A stretch of DNA of 64,000 nucleotides from Octopus vulgaris (Eukaryota), in the NCBI GenBank assembly GCA_951406725.2, contig OX597815.1:106764001-106828000 (forward strand). The letters run 5' to 3'. Shown in pieces: positions 53,989-64,000 of the stretch (its first letter is position 1; the number at the start of each line of letters is the position of its first letter). Made by a program: the position numbers and the translations under genes. The notes below the pieces were generated by a model. The model saw only the letters and a list, made by a program, of their open reading frames with translations. It did not search any database and was not told where the DNA came from.

Positions 53989-54399
53989 CAAGAAAACGTA
54001 TGTGTATATATTAATCAAGTCTTACGGCTCTAAAACGTCTGAAGCAATTTTGACCTCACCAAATATATATGCTTCACTCCGAGAGTTATTCAATCATTTC
54101 GCAGAATTGAAATCGTCAGTAACAATACGTGCGCGCGCACCACGTGTGTGCGCGTGTGTTTGTACGTGCGTGCGTATTTTTTGTTTCTGAATCAAGTTTT
54201 ACTTACTCAGTGGTAAAGATGTAAAGGAAATATATTTCCGTTTAACCCAAAATAAGTCTTGCTCTTTTCCTTATGTACATAATGTATGTTTGTATATATC
54301 ACCGAATAGTTAAGAAGTACACTTTAATCTTAGGTTCGATATCACTAGCTGACATCATGAAACAGCTGATGATGATGTCATTGAATTATTTACAAAACC

Positions 54400-55400
54400 T
54401 TATATATATCGCCATTTCAGAGAAAGGGAATGTGCGAAAGAGCAATAATTATAGAACTGTTGCCCTTACATCTCATGTAAGCAAAATTATTCACAACTGG
54501 CTTGAACTAATTTCGGAAAGGAAATTGCCTGCAGAAGTTTGTTTTAAGAAAGGAATGGAAATAAGAAACAAAATTGCAAATCTGTGATGAATAACGGAAG
54601 CATCTAGGAAGAAGTGCAAGTAGCTTGTGCATGCTTCATCGATTAAAGCAAAACTTTTGTGTAAAATATTCAACGATAGTCGTGGATGAGAGGAATTGAT
54701 GTGCCGAAGCATTTAGTCCTGATATGAAACCGTTGTACGGTACAAAAAGTTACAGTAAGTTACATAATCCGAAAATACTGGATAGTTTACAGTCAAGGAA
54801 AGGATTAGACAAGGTTGTATACTTACCCCTAAATTTTTCAACTGGTCCTGTGGAAATGCAATAAACCATGACTGGATGTAGTGGAAGGAGTTAATATTCA
54901 AATAATAAGACAAACAATAAGTTACCTGAAATACGCATTTGACTCAACCATCTTGACAGAAGATGAAGGTTTGAGAAGAATGTAGGAAAAGATAGATGAA
55001 AGTACAAAGGTTTTCACTAAAGTTATGTCAACTTCATGCTAAAAGGAATATAAGAGTGCAGTTCAGATGGTGGAAATAATAGATAAGTTTGCTTTTCTTT
55101 AGCTCTAGGCTGGAAGAAGTGGAAAGTGTTCAAATTAAATTAAACGAAGAGCTGCCATGTTGGGATTACAGACAATAATGAATGATTAAGAAATGGGCAA
55201 AGAACAAAAGAGAGAGTTAAAATATAAAGTGGGCAATTAACGAGACGAAAAGAAAATTGAAGCATCAAAAGTGATTTTAGAGAAGGATATTGTTCTCAAT
55301 ATCATGTTGGAAAGAACAAAGAGAGTGTTACAGTAGTAGGGGAAAACTGGCAGTACTTGGGAAACAATTGTAATTAACTTCCTTCATATGGTTATATTTG
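54400..55400 (+). mobile_element. Ancient decayed RTE-clade RT
   Basis: KGN...NYRTVALTSHVSKI, CFID, RQGCILTP remnants with many stops. Confidence 0.7.
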
Positions 55401-56175
55401 CACCAGTTTAAGCAGAACACTGACTGCATTAATCTTGAGGAGGGTCTACAAATGCTATGCGCACAGTCATTTATGTCAGACCAAAATAATAATAACAAAA
55501 ACGACCAATATTCGAATGCTTTAAAAAATTCCAGTTACATATTTTTCGTCATCTAACGTAGGTGTTCTCGTTTTCAGAGATGACGACCTAGTGCTAAAAA
55601 TCTTTAGCGATACAATTGCATTTTGCTTAGAACTTTTCATATACTTATTTCCATGCTGTCACATAAGTACTAGTGATGTTAGCTTATAGTTGGACAAATT
55701 TGATATCATTTTCAATCTTTCCCAGATTAATAAATTGTTTGCTTTTCTTGCATTCACTTACTGCTATCTTACATTATTATCTTAATTACTATTTTATTGA
55801 CATTTATATATAATCCATGCCTTCAAATTGTTTTTATGATCCTACAGAATCTATTCAGGAATTCTTTTATCGTGCCAAAGTTTAATATTATATACTTATA
55901 TATTGCGCATTTTGCACATCCTACAATGTTCACTCAGTTTCATGGCACGTTCGACCAATACAAATACGAATTGCATTATACTTCTGCATAATATATGTGT
56001 GTGTATGTGTTTGTGTGTGTGTGTGTGTGTATGTGTGTGAGTGTGTGTTTATACAGACATCTATCCCTCTGTATGTGTGGTGTATGTCCGTCCGTACGTA
56101 CGCATGCACGTATGTCTATATGTATGAATGTATGCATGTGTATTAAGTACATTAATATTTGTTTTCATGTCAAGT

Positions 56176-56223
<48 letters not shown>

Positions 56224-56285
56224 AATTCAATTCAACATCAAAAAGAAGGATTACTCAATACTTTTTAGCAGTGTACATTTTTATT

Positions 56286-56585
56286 AACTTTCACAAGAGA
56301 AAGATTGACAGTGACTTTCGAACTTTCAGTTTCTTCGCCGCCGTCACATTGTGATTTTGTTTGGTTCTTCCTGTCTTTATACAGTTGTGATAGAAAACCA
56401 TAACTTGGCATGAAAACATAATTGAAACAAGAAAGGATGCAGTAATATCCTATATACTCCTCTATAAAGAATATACTGAAACCCACCTAGAAACAATATC
56501 TGAAAATACGAAAATACAACTGCGCTGATAAAGGCGAGCAAACTGAAACTTCGAAGTTACTGTCAACCATTACCTTGTAAAAGTA
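56286..56585. mobile_element. Outward-facing inverted pair of decayed HHR + tail modules (MITE-like appearance)
   Basis: Right: ctgataa ag..ct GAAA cttcgaag TT actgtc. Left (minus): acaat gtgacgg..ct gaaa gttcgaaag TC actgtc. About 50 bp of imperfect inverted homology. Confidence 0.6.
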
Positions 56586-56720
56586 AATATATATAATACA
56601 TACATATTATGTGCATACATGTGTGTGTGCGTGACAATGTATGTGTGCGAATATACATATACATAAATACATATATACATACATAATACATATATGTATA
56701 TACATACATACTTACATACA

Positions 56721-56773
<53 letters not shown>

Positions 56774-56984
56774 CAGATATTCTCTGTATACAATACACTT
56801 CGTAGTGCTCGAGAGATTTAAACTTGAGCAGGTTGAGGAGTAAACGTAATGATAAGCAAGTTAGGCAAGTCGATATACAAAAAGTATTAAATAGATTTAA
56901 TACATTTAATATAATTGTATTAAATGTATTTAATATTTTGTGTATATGGACTTGCATAACTTGCTTATTCTTAGAAATATTCCT

Positions 56985-57250
56985 TTCAAAATCCTTCCTA
57001 AATGCCTGAGAGACCTGCACGATCTGGATATGGTTTTCTTTAAAACTAAACTCGTTCTCTTCTTGTCAAGGATTCCAGATGAACCTACCTCTCAGCAGAA
57101 AACACAGATGCAGGCGTCGGCGTCGAACTCTCATGTTGACCAAGTGCCACGTATCAGAGGTGGTTTCACATACTAGTGTGACACAGTCAACGGTGGTGCC
57201 CCGGCATGGCCGCAGCTTTCGGGCTGAAACATTTTTAAGGATTTAAGGAT
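56985..57250 (+). mobile_element. CR1-group LINE 3' end
   Basis: LPKCLRDLH..FFKTKL..FLSRIPDEP..ASNS, then ggtggtgccccggcatggccgcagctttcgggctgaaac. Confidence 0.85.
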
Positions 57251-57649
57251 ATATATATATGTGTGTGTATGTGTGTGTGTATGTGTGTGTGTGATTGTAT
57301 ATATATATGTGTGTGTGTGTAAATATGGATATACATATACATGCTCATACACGTACACATACACACACACGAAATATATATTATATATTATCTGCTAGAT
57401 TAAGTATAGTGGAATATAAGATATTCAGTAGTCCTACCGTGAAATTTGCATATTCCACTATGCCTAATCTGCTGGAAAATATAGCCGTTATTAACAAAGA
57501 AATTCAATACTTTTAGAAATAGTAAATGTATGCTTAATTATTCAGGCGAGAAGTACTAACCAACGTCTGTTACAAATGATACATATCTATCCGGTAGACA
57601 AAAATATAGTGTATCTCTTCTTAGTAATTCCATTAACATCAATAGAATG

Positions 57650-58640
57650 AATAAAATCCTTTATTGCAACAAACTCAGTAGTACGTGCAACTGTAGGAGT
57701 CATGATAAATGCCCCGTAAATAACCAATGTCTGAGAAATAAGTTAATATGTAAATTTTCCACTAAAACACCCAGTAACGTCTGTTATTATATAGGCGCCA
57801 TCCAACTGAGGTCGACTTTGTTTTTCATACTTTCGGGGTCGATAAAGTAAGTACCAGTTGAGCACTGGAGTCGAAGTAATCGACTTACCCTCTCCCCGAA
57901 ATTTCTGACCTTGTGCTAAAATTTGAAACCACAATTACATGTGAGTTACAGCTTCCAAATTCAAGACCATATTACGTAACCATGTTCACTACTCTAAGTA
58001 CGAATGAAGAGAACAAAGTACTTCACCGGCTAAGTTCATCAAGAAGAAAAATATAGACTACTTAATTTCGTAGTCAGTTTTAGGTTGTGCTCTTCAACAC
58101 AGAGGTAGGAGTAGTAGCTGTAATTTTTGCTCGGTAATTTTAATTTAATCAGTCAACATAATGAGTATCAATCCGTTTCTTACACTTATTTAATAAAACA
58201 TTCCTAAAAATTCACAATAAAATTCCACATAGCTGACAAATTTATTTTGATTCAATCTATAATAATGCTAGTGTTCTTGATGACCTCATGACCTACCAGG
58301 GATCGAAGGGTTAACGGGTTTTTACAAAATCAAAGAAAGTGATCTGATATGTCCGTTATCTACAATGTCTATCCACTGAAATATCTTGGATAGGGTGGAT
58401 ACACGCTTATAAATTTTTTACTAGAATATTCTGCAACCTATCATCTTTCAATATATTTATTGGAAATTCTCAAAATAAATCAAAGTATTTATAACAGATC
58501 TGATGAAGTGGATTATTGTTTGTATTTATATAAATTGTATATGTTCAAACCAACGTGTAGATGGGTGACATGGTTCTAGTAGCTATCGAAACGATGAAAC
58601 GATCGCAACCATTTAGTTGATGCATAACACCATCATCTTT
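57650..58640 (+). mobile_element. Old Naiad-like PLE EN remnant interrupted by a SINE (57805-57935), with a decayed HHR at 58570-58612
   Basis: CNCR..KCPVNNQCL..YYIG, resuming after the SINE as KFKT..NH..STS..CNFC. Downstream atggt...atcg aaa cgat GAAA cgatcg ca accat. Confidence 0.65.
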
Positions 58641-58747
58641 TGTTTGTTTACATAATTCACTCGTTTTTCCCTGGTTTGTTTATGTATTTCATGTTATTTG
58701 CACCGTTGGTGATGTCCTTTACCCATATATGCATATATATATATATA

Positions 58748-58904
58748 CCGGAGTAAACACATAAATGTGAAACAAGGTGGAAAAAAGAGTACTCAAATAC
58801 CAGTGGTAGAGTAATATGCTTTATTTTAAGCAGCAGAAAATTTTGTTGAACAGATTTTGTTGAATTTTTAATATATATGTTCCATTCTAGCTGCTTAAAA
58901 TAAA

Positions 58905-58905
<1 letters not shown>
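58748..58905. mobile_element. 158-bp scrambled mini-derivative with the same two termini as 45570-48642
   Basis: The left ~95 bp match 45570 onward (ccggagtaaacac...cagcagaaaatt). The right end gctgcttaaaataaag|(TA)n is identical to 48627-48642. Confidence 0.9.
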
Positions 58906-58962
<57 letters not shown>

Positions 58963-59029
58963 CTTATTATCTAATTGAACGCGATGCATCTATTTCCAAG
59001 TAAGTTTATCTTCACCTTTTTGATGCCAC

Positions 59030-59600
59030 TCTCTACTCTATTCTGTTTTATTCGTCCGTCCTTCTATAATTCCTATTTTCTCCTCATCCTTCCTTCACCG
59101 TTTCCTATCTGTGTCTCTCTCCCCTCTTTCTCTTTTTCTCGTTGCTCACACGTGACCATTGCTCATCTTGCTTTTTCTCACGTGACCATCTTTCTTTTCC
59201 TGCCCGGACGCTTAAACGAACAGATGTGTTTTTCTTTCTCTGTTCTATCCTTTCGCTTTTCAAAAAAATGGTTCTCCTAACGTTCACTAATTTCCTCTCA
59301 TTCTAGTCTGTTTTCGTTCGGTTTCCTTGTATGTTTCCACTGTCATTTTTTTGTTCCCAACTTTGACCTTCCATAAATCCTAAAGTTTATTTTAGAATTT
59401 ATGGGACCAACTATCTTTGAAGACTCATATTGTCGTTGAATGCTCGAAATGAGGAGTAGATAGACAGCCGACTACTGATAAAGGGTATTTTCCCTGTGCT
59501 AACTCGTCCTGTTTTCCATTTTTTTCGTTGTTTACGTGTTTCACTCGTTTTTCCCCCTCTTGTTTACGTATTTGCACCGCTGGAGACGTCCTGTACCCAT
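59030..59600 (+). mobile_element. Long copy of the 'gtcctgtaccca' HHR-like element
   Basis: ctatc t TTGAAGA...aatgctc GAAA tgaggag TA gatag (59411-63), a second box ctgataa at 59475, ending acgtcctgtaccca plus TA repeat. Confidence 0.7.
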
Positions 59601-59605
59601 ATATG

Positions 59606-59647
<42 letters not shown>

Positions 59648-59649
<2 letters not shown>

Positions 59650-59750
59650 CGCTGGAGTGGCTGTGTGGTAAAAAGGTTGATTCCCAACCGCATGGTTCCG
59701 GGTTCAGTCCCACTGCGTGACACCTTCGGCAAGTGTCTTCTACTATAGCC
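59648..59750 (+). mobile_element. CORE-type SINE head
   Basis: ggcgctggagtggctgtgtggtaa...ggttccgggttcagtcccactgcgtgacaccttcggcaagtgtc. Confidence 0.8.
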
Positions 59751-59789
59751 TCTCAAAGTAGGTTGATGGGCAGATGAATTGGTTGAACT

Positions 59790-60840
59790 TCTCGGGGTCT
59801 GGTTTAGTCTGGAAACCCAGGTGGACAGAAACTGAAATGAGGTTACGAACAGGATGGTCATCTCTGATAGGCCAAGTAGCAGCAGTGAATACTTAATCAA
59901 CTCTGTCATGTCTATTGCCTGATCGTTGTGCGTTGGCTCAGTTCCGTTTCCCCCAAATTGGAGCTTCTGTCTTTCCGCATCCTGTGGAAGGTACACGTTT
60001 CTTTGGGCAGGCGGTCCATCTGTCAGCAACGTTCTTTGGAGGACTTTCGGGCCGGAGACTATTGTAGACAACTTCCAGAAATCACTAGCCTGTCACTACC
60101 CGTTCAAGATAAACTGTATAGGTACGGAATTATTAGCAGGTGGATCTGTTCGAGATGCGCGCAAAGCGACGAGATAGTGCTGCATACACTTGTGCAGTAT
60201 CTTAACATTTCTAATTTGTGGAGTTATGTCGAAGAGCACTTGTTACGTCTAGGACGAAACCTGCACCACACGAGTCCATCGTGTGGGTCGACGAACCACC
60301 CATCTTTAACAAGGCGGGGATGGTGGTGTTCCTCTGTCTAGTTGCTATGGTGAAAGACGTATGAGGCTGAAAGTATTAGGACAGGCACCTTCCTCTTTGG
60401 TCAAGCCCTCATTGACTTTTTCAAGTTCCACATGGAAAGAAAATTAAGAGTGAAGAGGGAAAAACTCTCACTCGATGAATTTATTAAAAGGTTGATGGCT
60501 GTGGCTAAATGGTTTCGCTGAATGTGCATGTAATATTTGATCACCATGGATGCCAGCGTTCGCCCAGTAAAGGTTTGGCAAGGGCTTGTTTCCTTGGCAC
60601 TCAAGTGATCCTGAAGCTGTGAGGTTCCTTGATTAGCCCCTGTTAGTGGCTCTCCTGTATCAGGAGGACTGCATCATCCATATGTTTACATATTTTGTAT
60701 ACTATGTGTACTTTTTATCTCTTTTATCGCTTCTCTTCCTCTTTTCCCCTCATTTTTATATATTCGTCCACCTCCGCCCGAATTGTAAACTGTACTTGTG
60801 TGTCCTTTATTTAATACCACCGTGGTAAATAAAAGAAATC
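59790..60840 (+). mobile_element. Older Tx1/L1-clade LINE 3' portion
   Basis: LPVQDKLYRYG..CSRCAQSDEIVLHTLVQ zinc knuckle, LIDFFKFHMERKLRVKRE. Paralogous to 62552-64000. Confidence 0.8.
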
Positions 60841-60847
60841 CTTCGAG

Positions 60848-60878
<31 letters not shown>

Positions 60879-61096
60879 TATTGAGTGAGAGAGCAGCACA
60901 CGCAATCGAAATGAGGCTGGGTTACAAATATACGAAGCCCAACATGACTACCAGTCTGATAAGTGTACACCAGGCACATGCACCACAACCATATATGCGA
61001 AACATGTGACCTCATATTGAAATAACCGGCGCATGACATTGCAAGTGGTGCCCAGTTAGAATTTTCTAGCTAGCCCATCCCACTTAATTATTTCAA

Positions 61097-61181
<85 letters not shown>

Positions 61182-61414
61182 GATGATGATGATAACAGCA
61201 ACAACAACAATAATAATCATCATCATCATCATTGTTCGACCGTGGTCGAGACTTTCATAGTCTTTTCAAATGGCTAATAATATGTGCGCGCGCCACTACT
61301 ACTACTACTAATAATAATGATGATGATGATTTATTAATTATTAGCGAATGTCAACGAAGAGAATATACATATGCGTGTATAGAGATGAGAGAGTGAGAGA
61401 GAAAGATATATATA

Positions 61415-61497
<83 letters not shown>

Positions 61498-61973
61498 AGA
61501 GTGTGTATATGTGTGTGTGTGTGCGTATGAGTGTGTGTGTGTGTACGCGCGCGCGGAGAGGAGAGTGTGTGTGTGCGTGTGTGTATGTGTGTATGTGTGT
61601 GGATACGGCGTGGATAGGATAAAAGAGAGGCACTTCTAGAAACTAGCGTAAGAGCCTCACCTCATAGCTCGATGTCCGGCTAGCATCTCTTATTTTCATT
61701 CGTAGTTAAGTTAAAAGAGGATACTATCGATTTGGTAGTATGAACGATGAGGTGCTTTTATCTACTTCTTAATCATCGGTACTTTCCTTGTCTCATTCTA
61801 ATTGAGCAGAAAGATAGGGCGAAGTATATTGTACTTCAGAGGAAGTCAGCTAACAGGATGTTAGGAAGGGGGAAAGAAATTGGTTTAGTCTGCTAGCCGA
61901 GAATTACCAATCAGTCGCTACGGTCGAAGCACCTCCCACGCACTTAAACAATTACGGACGCACGCTCGCGTGC

Positions 61974-62061
<88 letters not shown>

Positions 62062-62443
62062 CACACACACACATACACACACACAGGTACAGGCACTTAC
62101 ATGCGCACACATATACGCATACGCACTTGTAAATAAAGCTGTATATGTATGTATAAATAGTTTTAGTTGTGATGGCTAAAACAAACTAAAGAATTAACGG
62201 AAACAAATACACGCTCACACATGCACACACACATACACACATACAGACACATGGACGCATATATACACATTTGACAAGTGTTATATAAGAAACTGGAAGC
62301 TTCTGCGTAATGTTTGCTGTGTTTATATACACATATGTAGAGACTAAATTAGATAAACAGATAGATAGATAGGTAGATAGATAGATAGATAGATAGATTG
62401 ATTGATTGATAGATAGATAGATAGATAGATAGATATTTAGATT

Positions 62444-62516
<73 letters not shown>

Positions 62517-62551
62517 AAAAAACAGAAGTATAGATAAATAGATAGATAAAT

Positions 62552-64000
62552 ATGTTTCTTTGTTAGCCACAGCGGAGCTGAACACAGAGGGGACAAAATA
62601 CAGAAAGTAAGCTTTTCTTTTTTTGACGGAAAAAAAAAAGTGGGGGGAGAATTTCGATCAAAAGGGATCGTGGAAAGAAAAAAAAGAAGGCGATCAATAG
62701 AGATCGTGTATCACAGAAATGTCATAATGTAAAGGTGGAAAGAAAAGCTTACGGAAAAGATCACGGTAACCTCGGGCAATAATGTCATGCAAAAGACACA
62801 TTACAGTAAGTGATTCTCTTTTTTTCATTTCTTTTTCTGGTTCATAGGATTACGCTCAAGATGCCTCCGTCATTCACACGTGCCATCCTTGCTACATTCA
62901 CCTATCTTTTTTTGAAACATTCACTAGACAAAACTTCCCTCACTACTCTCACCTTCCTCTTCAAGTGATACTTGAAGAAGTTGATGAGAGATTCCCCTGA
63001 GGGGAAAGTGTTTGTCTGTAGACCTTTCAGATGCGCCCACCATACACACTCTTTCGCCATAGCCACAAGTACGAGGAAAATGGCTCTTCCTTCCCGTTTC
63101 AAGGAAGGAGGCGCGACAGTATTCACGATAGACTCGGTTGATAAACTGACTCGTCCCGCACGCGATAGTAGTCGTTTGACATAGGCTCACAGGTCGGAAA
63201 TGGTTGGATACTGTACAAGTGCGTGCAGAACGGTTTCGTCGCTCTGACCGCATCTCGGGCAGGTCAGCCACGTGATTTCGAGCCATACCTGTAGAGTTTA
63301 TCCTGAATGGGTAGTGCTCCTCGATAGCACTGTCAGACCAGGAATCTCTGGCAGTTGTCCATAGGTCCCAGCCCGAAAGTCGTCTTGAACAGTCGGGTCA
63401 GGTATTCCTCGTTGACACCCAAGTTTGCCCCGAGATCGTCGTCGTACATTCCCTCCACTAATTCCCTATAGAATGCTTTGGTTGTGTTACAGTCGCTCAA
63501 GGTCGACCCGGGACGTCATAGTTGCTGGAGAGCAACGCGACACTCGCTGTGCCGTTCGCCCTTCCTTGGCCTCTTTTTGATCCGCGACTGCAGTTCAGTC
63601 ATGGAGACGAGGTGCGGGAAAGCGCGCCTCACAAACGGCGACCACAGCTGTTCACCGTCATCTACGTAGAGCTGGAGATGTCGCAGTCTCAGCACGTGTC
63701 TGCACATCATCAACCTCGGTATGCCCAACCCTCCTTTTGACGGGTGTTGGCAGCAAACAGATCGCCCGATCATCAGAACGCATCCTTTCCACAAGAAGCG
63801 GAAGAGAATGCGTACCAGTTTGATGATGGTAGGGTCGGGACAAAGCGGTCAGGCGGTAGTAGATGACGGACGCGATGTACGTGTTCGACACCTCTGCCCG
63901 ACCTTTTAGCTACAGCTTCCTCTCGGCCCATTTCCGGGTGAGAGTGATCCCCCTACTCGTTATCTTGTTCCAGTTATTCTCCGTTTGGAGGTTTGGACCA
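62552..64000 (-). mobile_element. Tx1/L1-clade LINE 3' portion running off the window, 3' end next to an (ATAG)n tract
   Basis: LKGRAEVSNTYIASVIYYRL, WKG...KGGLGIPRL, CPRCGQSDETVLHAL, FFKYHLKRKVRV, with frameshifts. Confidence 0.9.

Overview
AT-rich, microsatellite-saturated eukaryotic DNA with no recognisable host protein-coding exon. Almost all ORF-track entries are translated microsatellites. The SINE families look like those of octopus/coleoid cephalopods; this is recognition from memory, not a database result. Real coding content is all retro- or DNA-transposon: a near-intact 5'-truncated Penelope-like element (PLE; RT + GIY-YIG, Neptune-type) at 15545-18045(-), a second PLE type folded into a 1456-bp-arm palindrome at 45570-48642, RTE, CR1-group, R4/Dong-like and Tx1/L1 LINE fragments, a mariner/maT remnant, two non-autonomous Helitrons, a hAT MITE and several tRNA-SINE families. 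The main unexplained signal is about 20 minimal hammerhead-ribozyme (HHR) motifs, intact or decayed, in several sequence families. Most are followed by a short tail ending in a (TA)n or (CA)n run. Many take a recurrent 'tail + inverted HHR end' fold-back form at sizes from about 100 bp to 3 kb. All structures were read by eye; none was folded or searched computationally.
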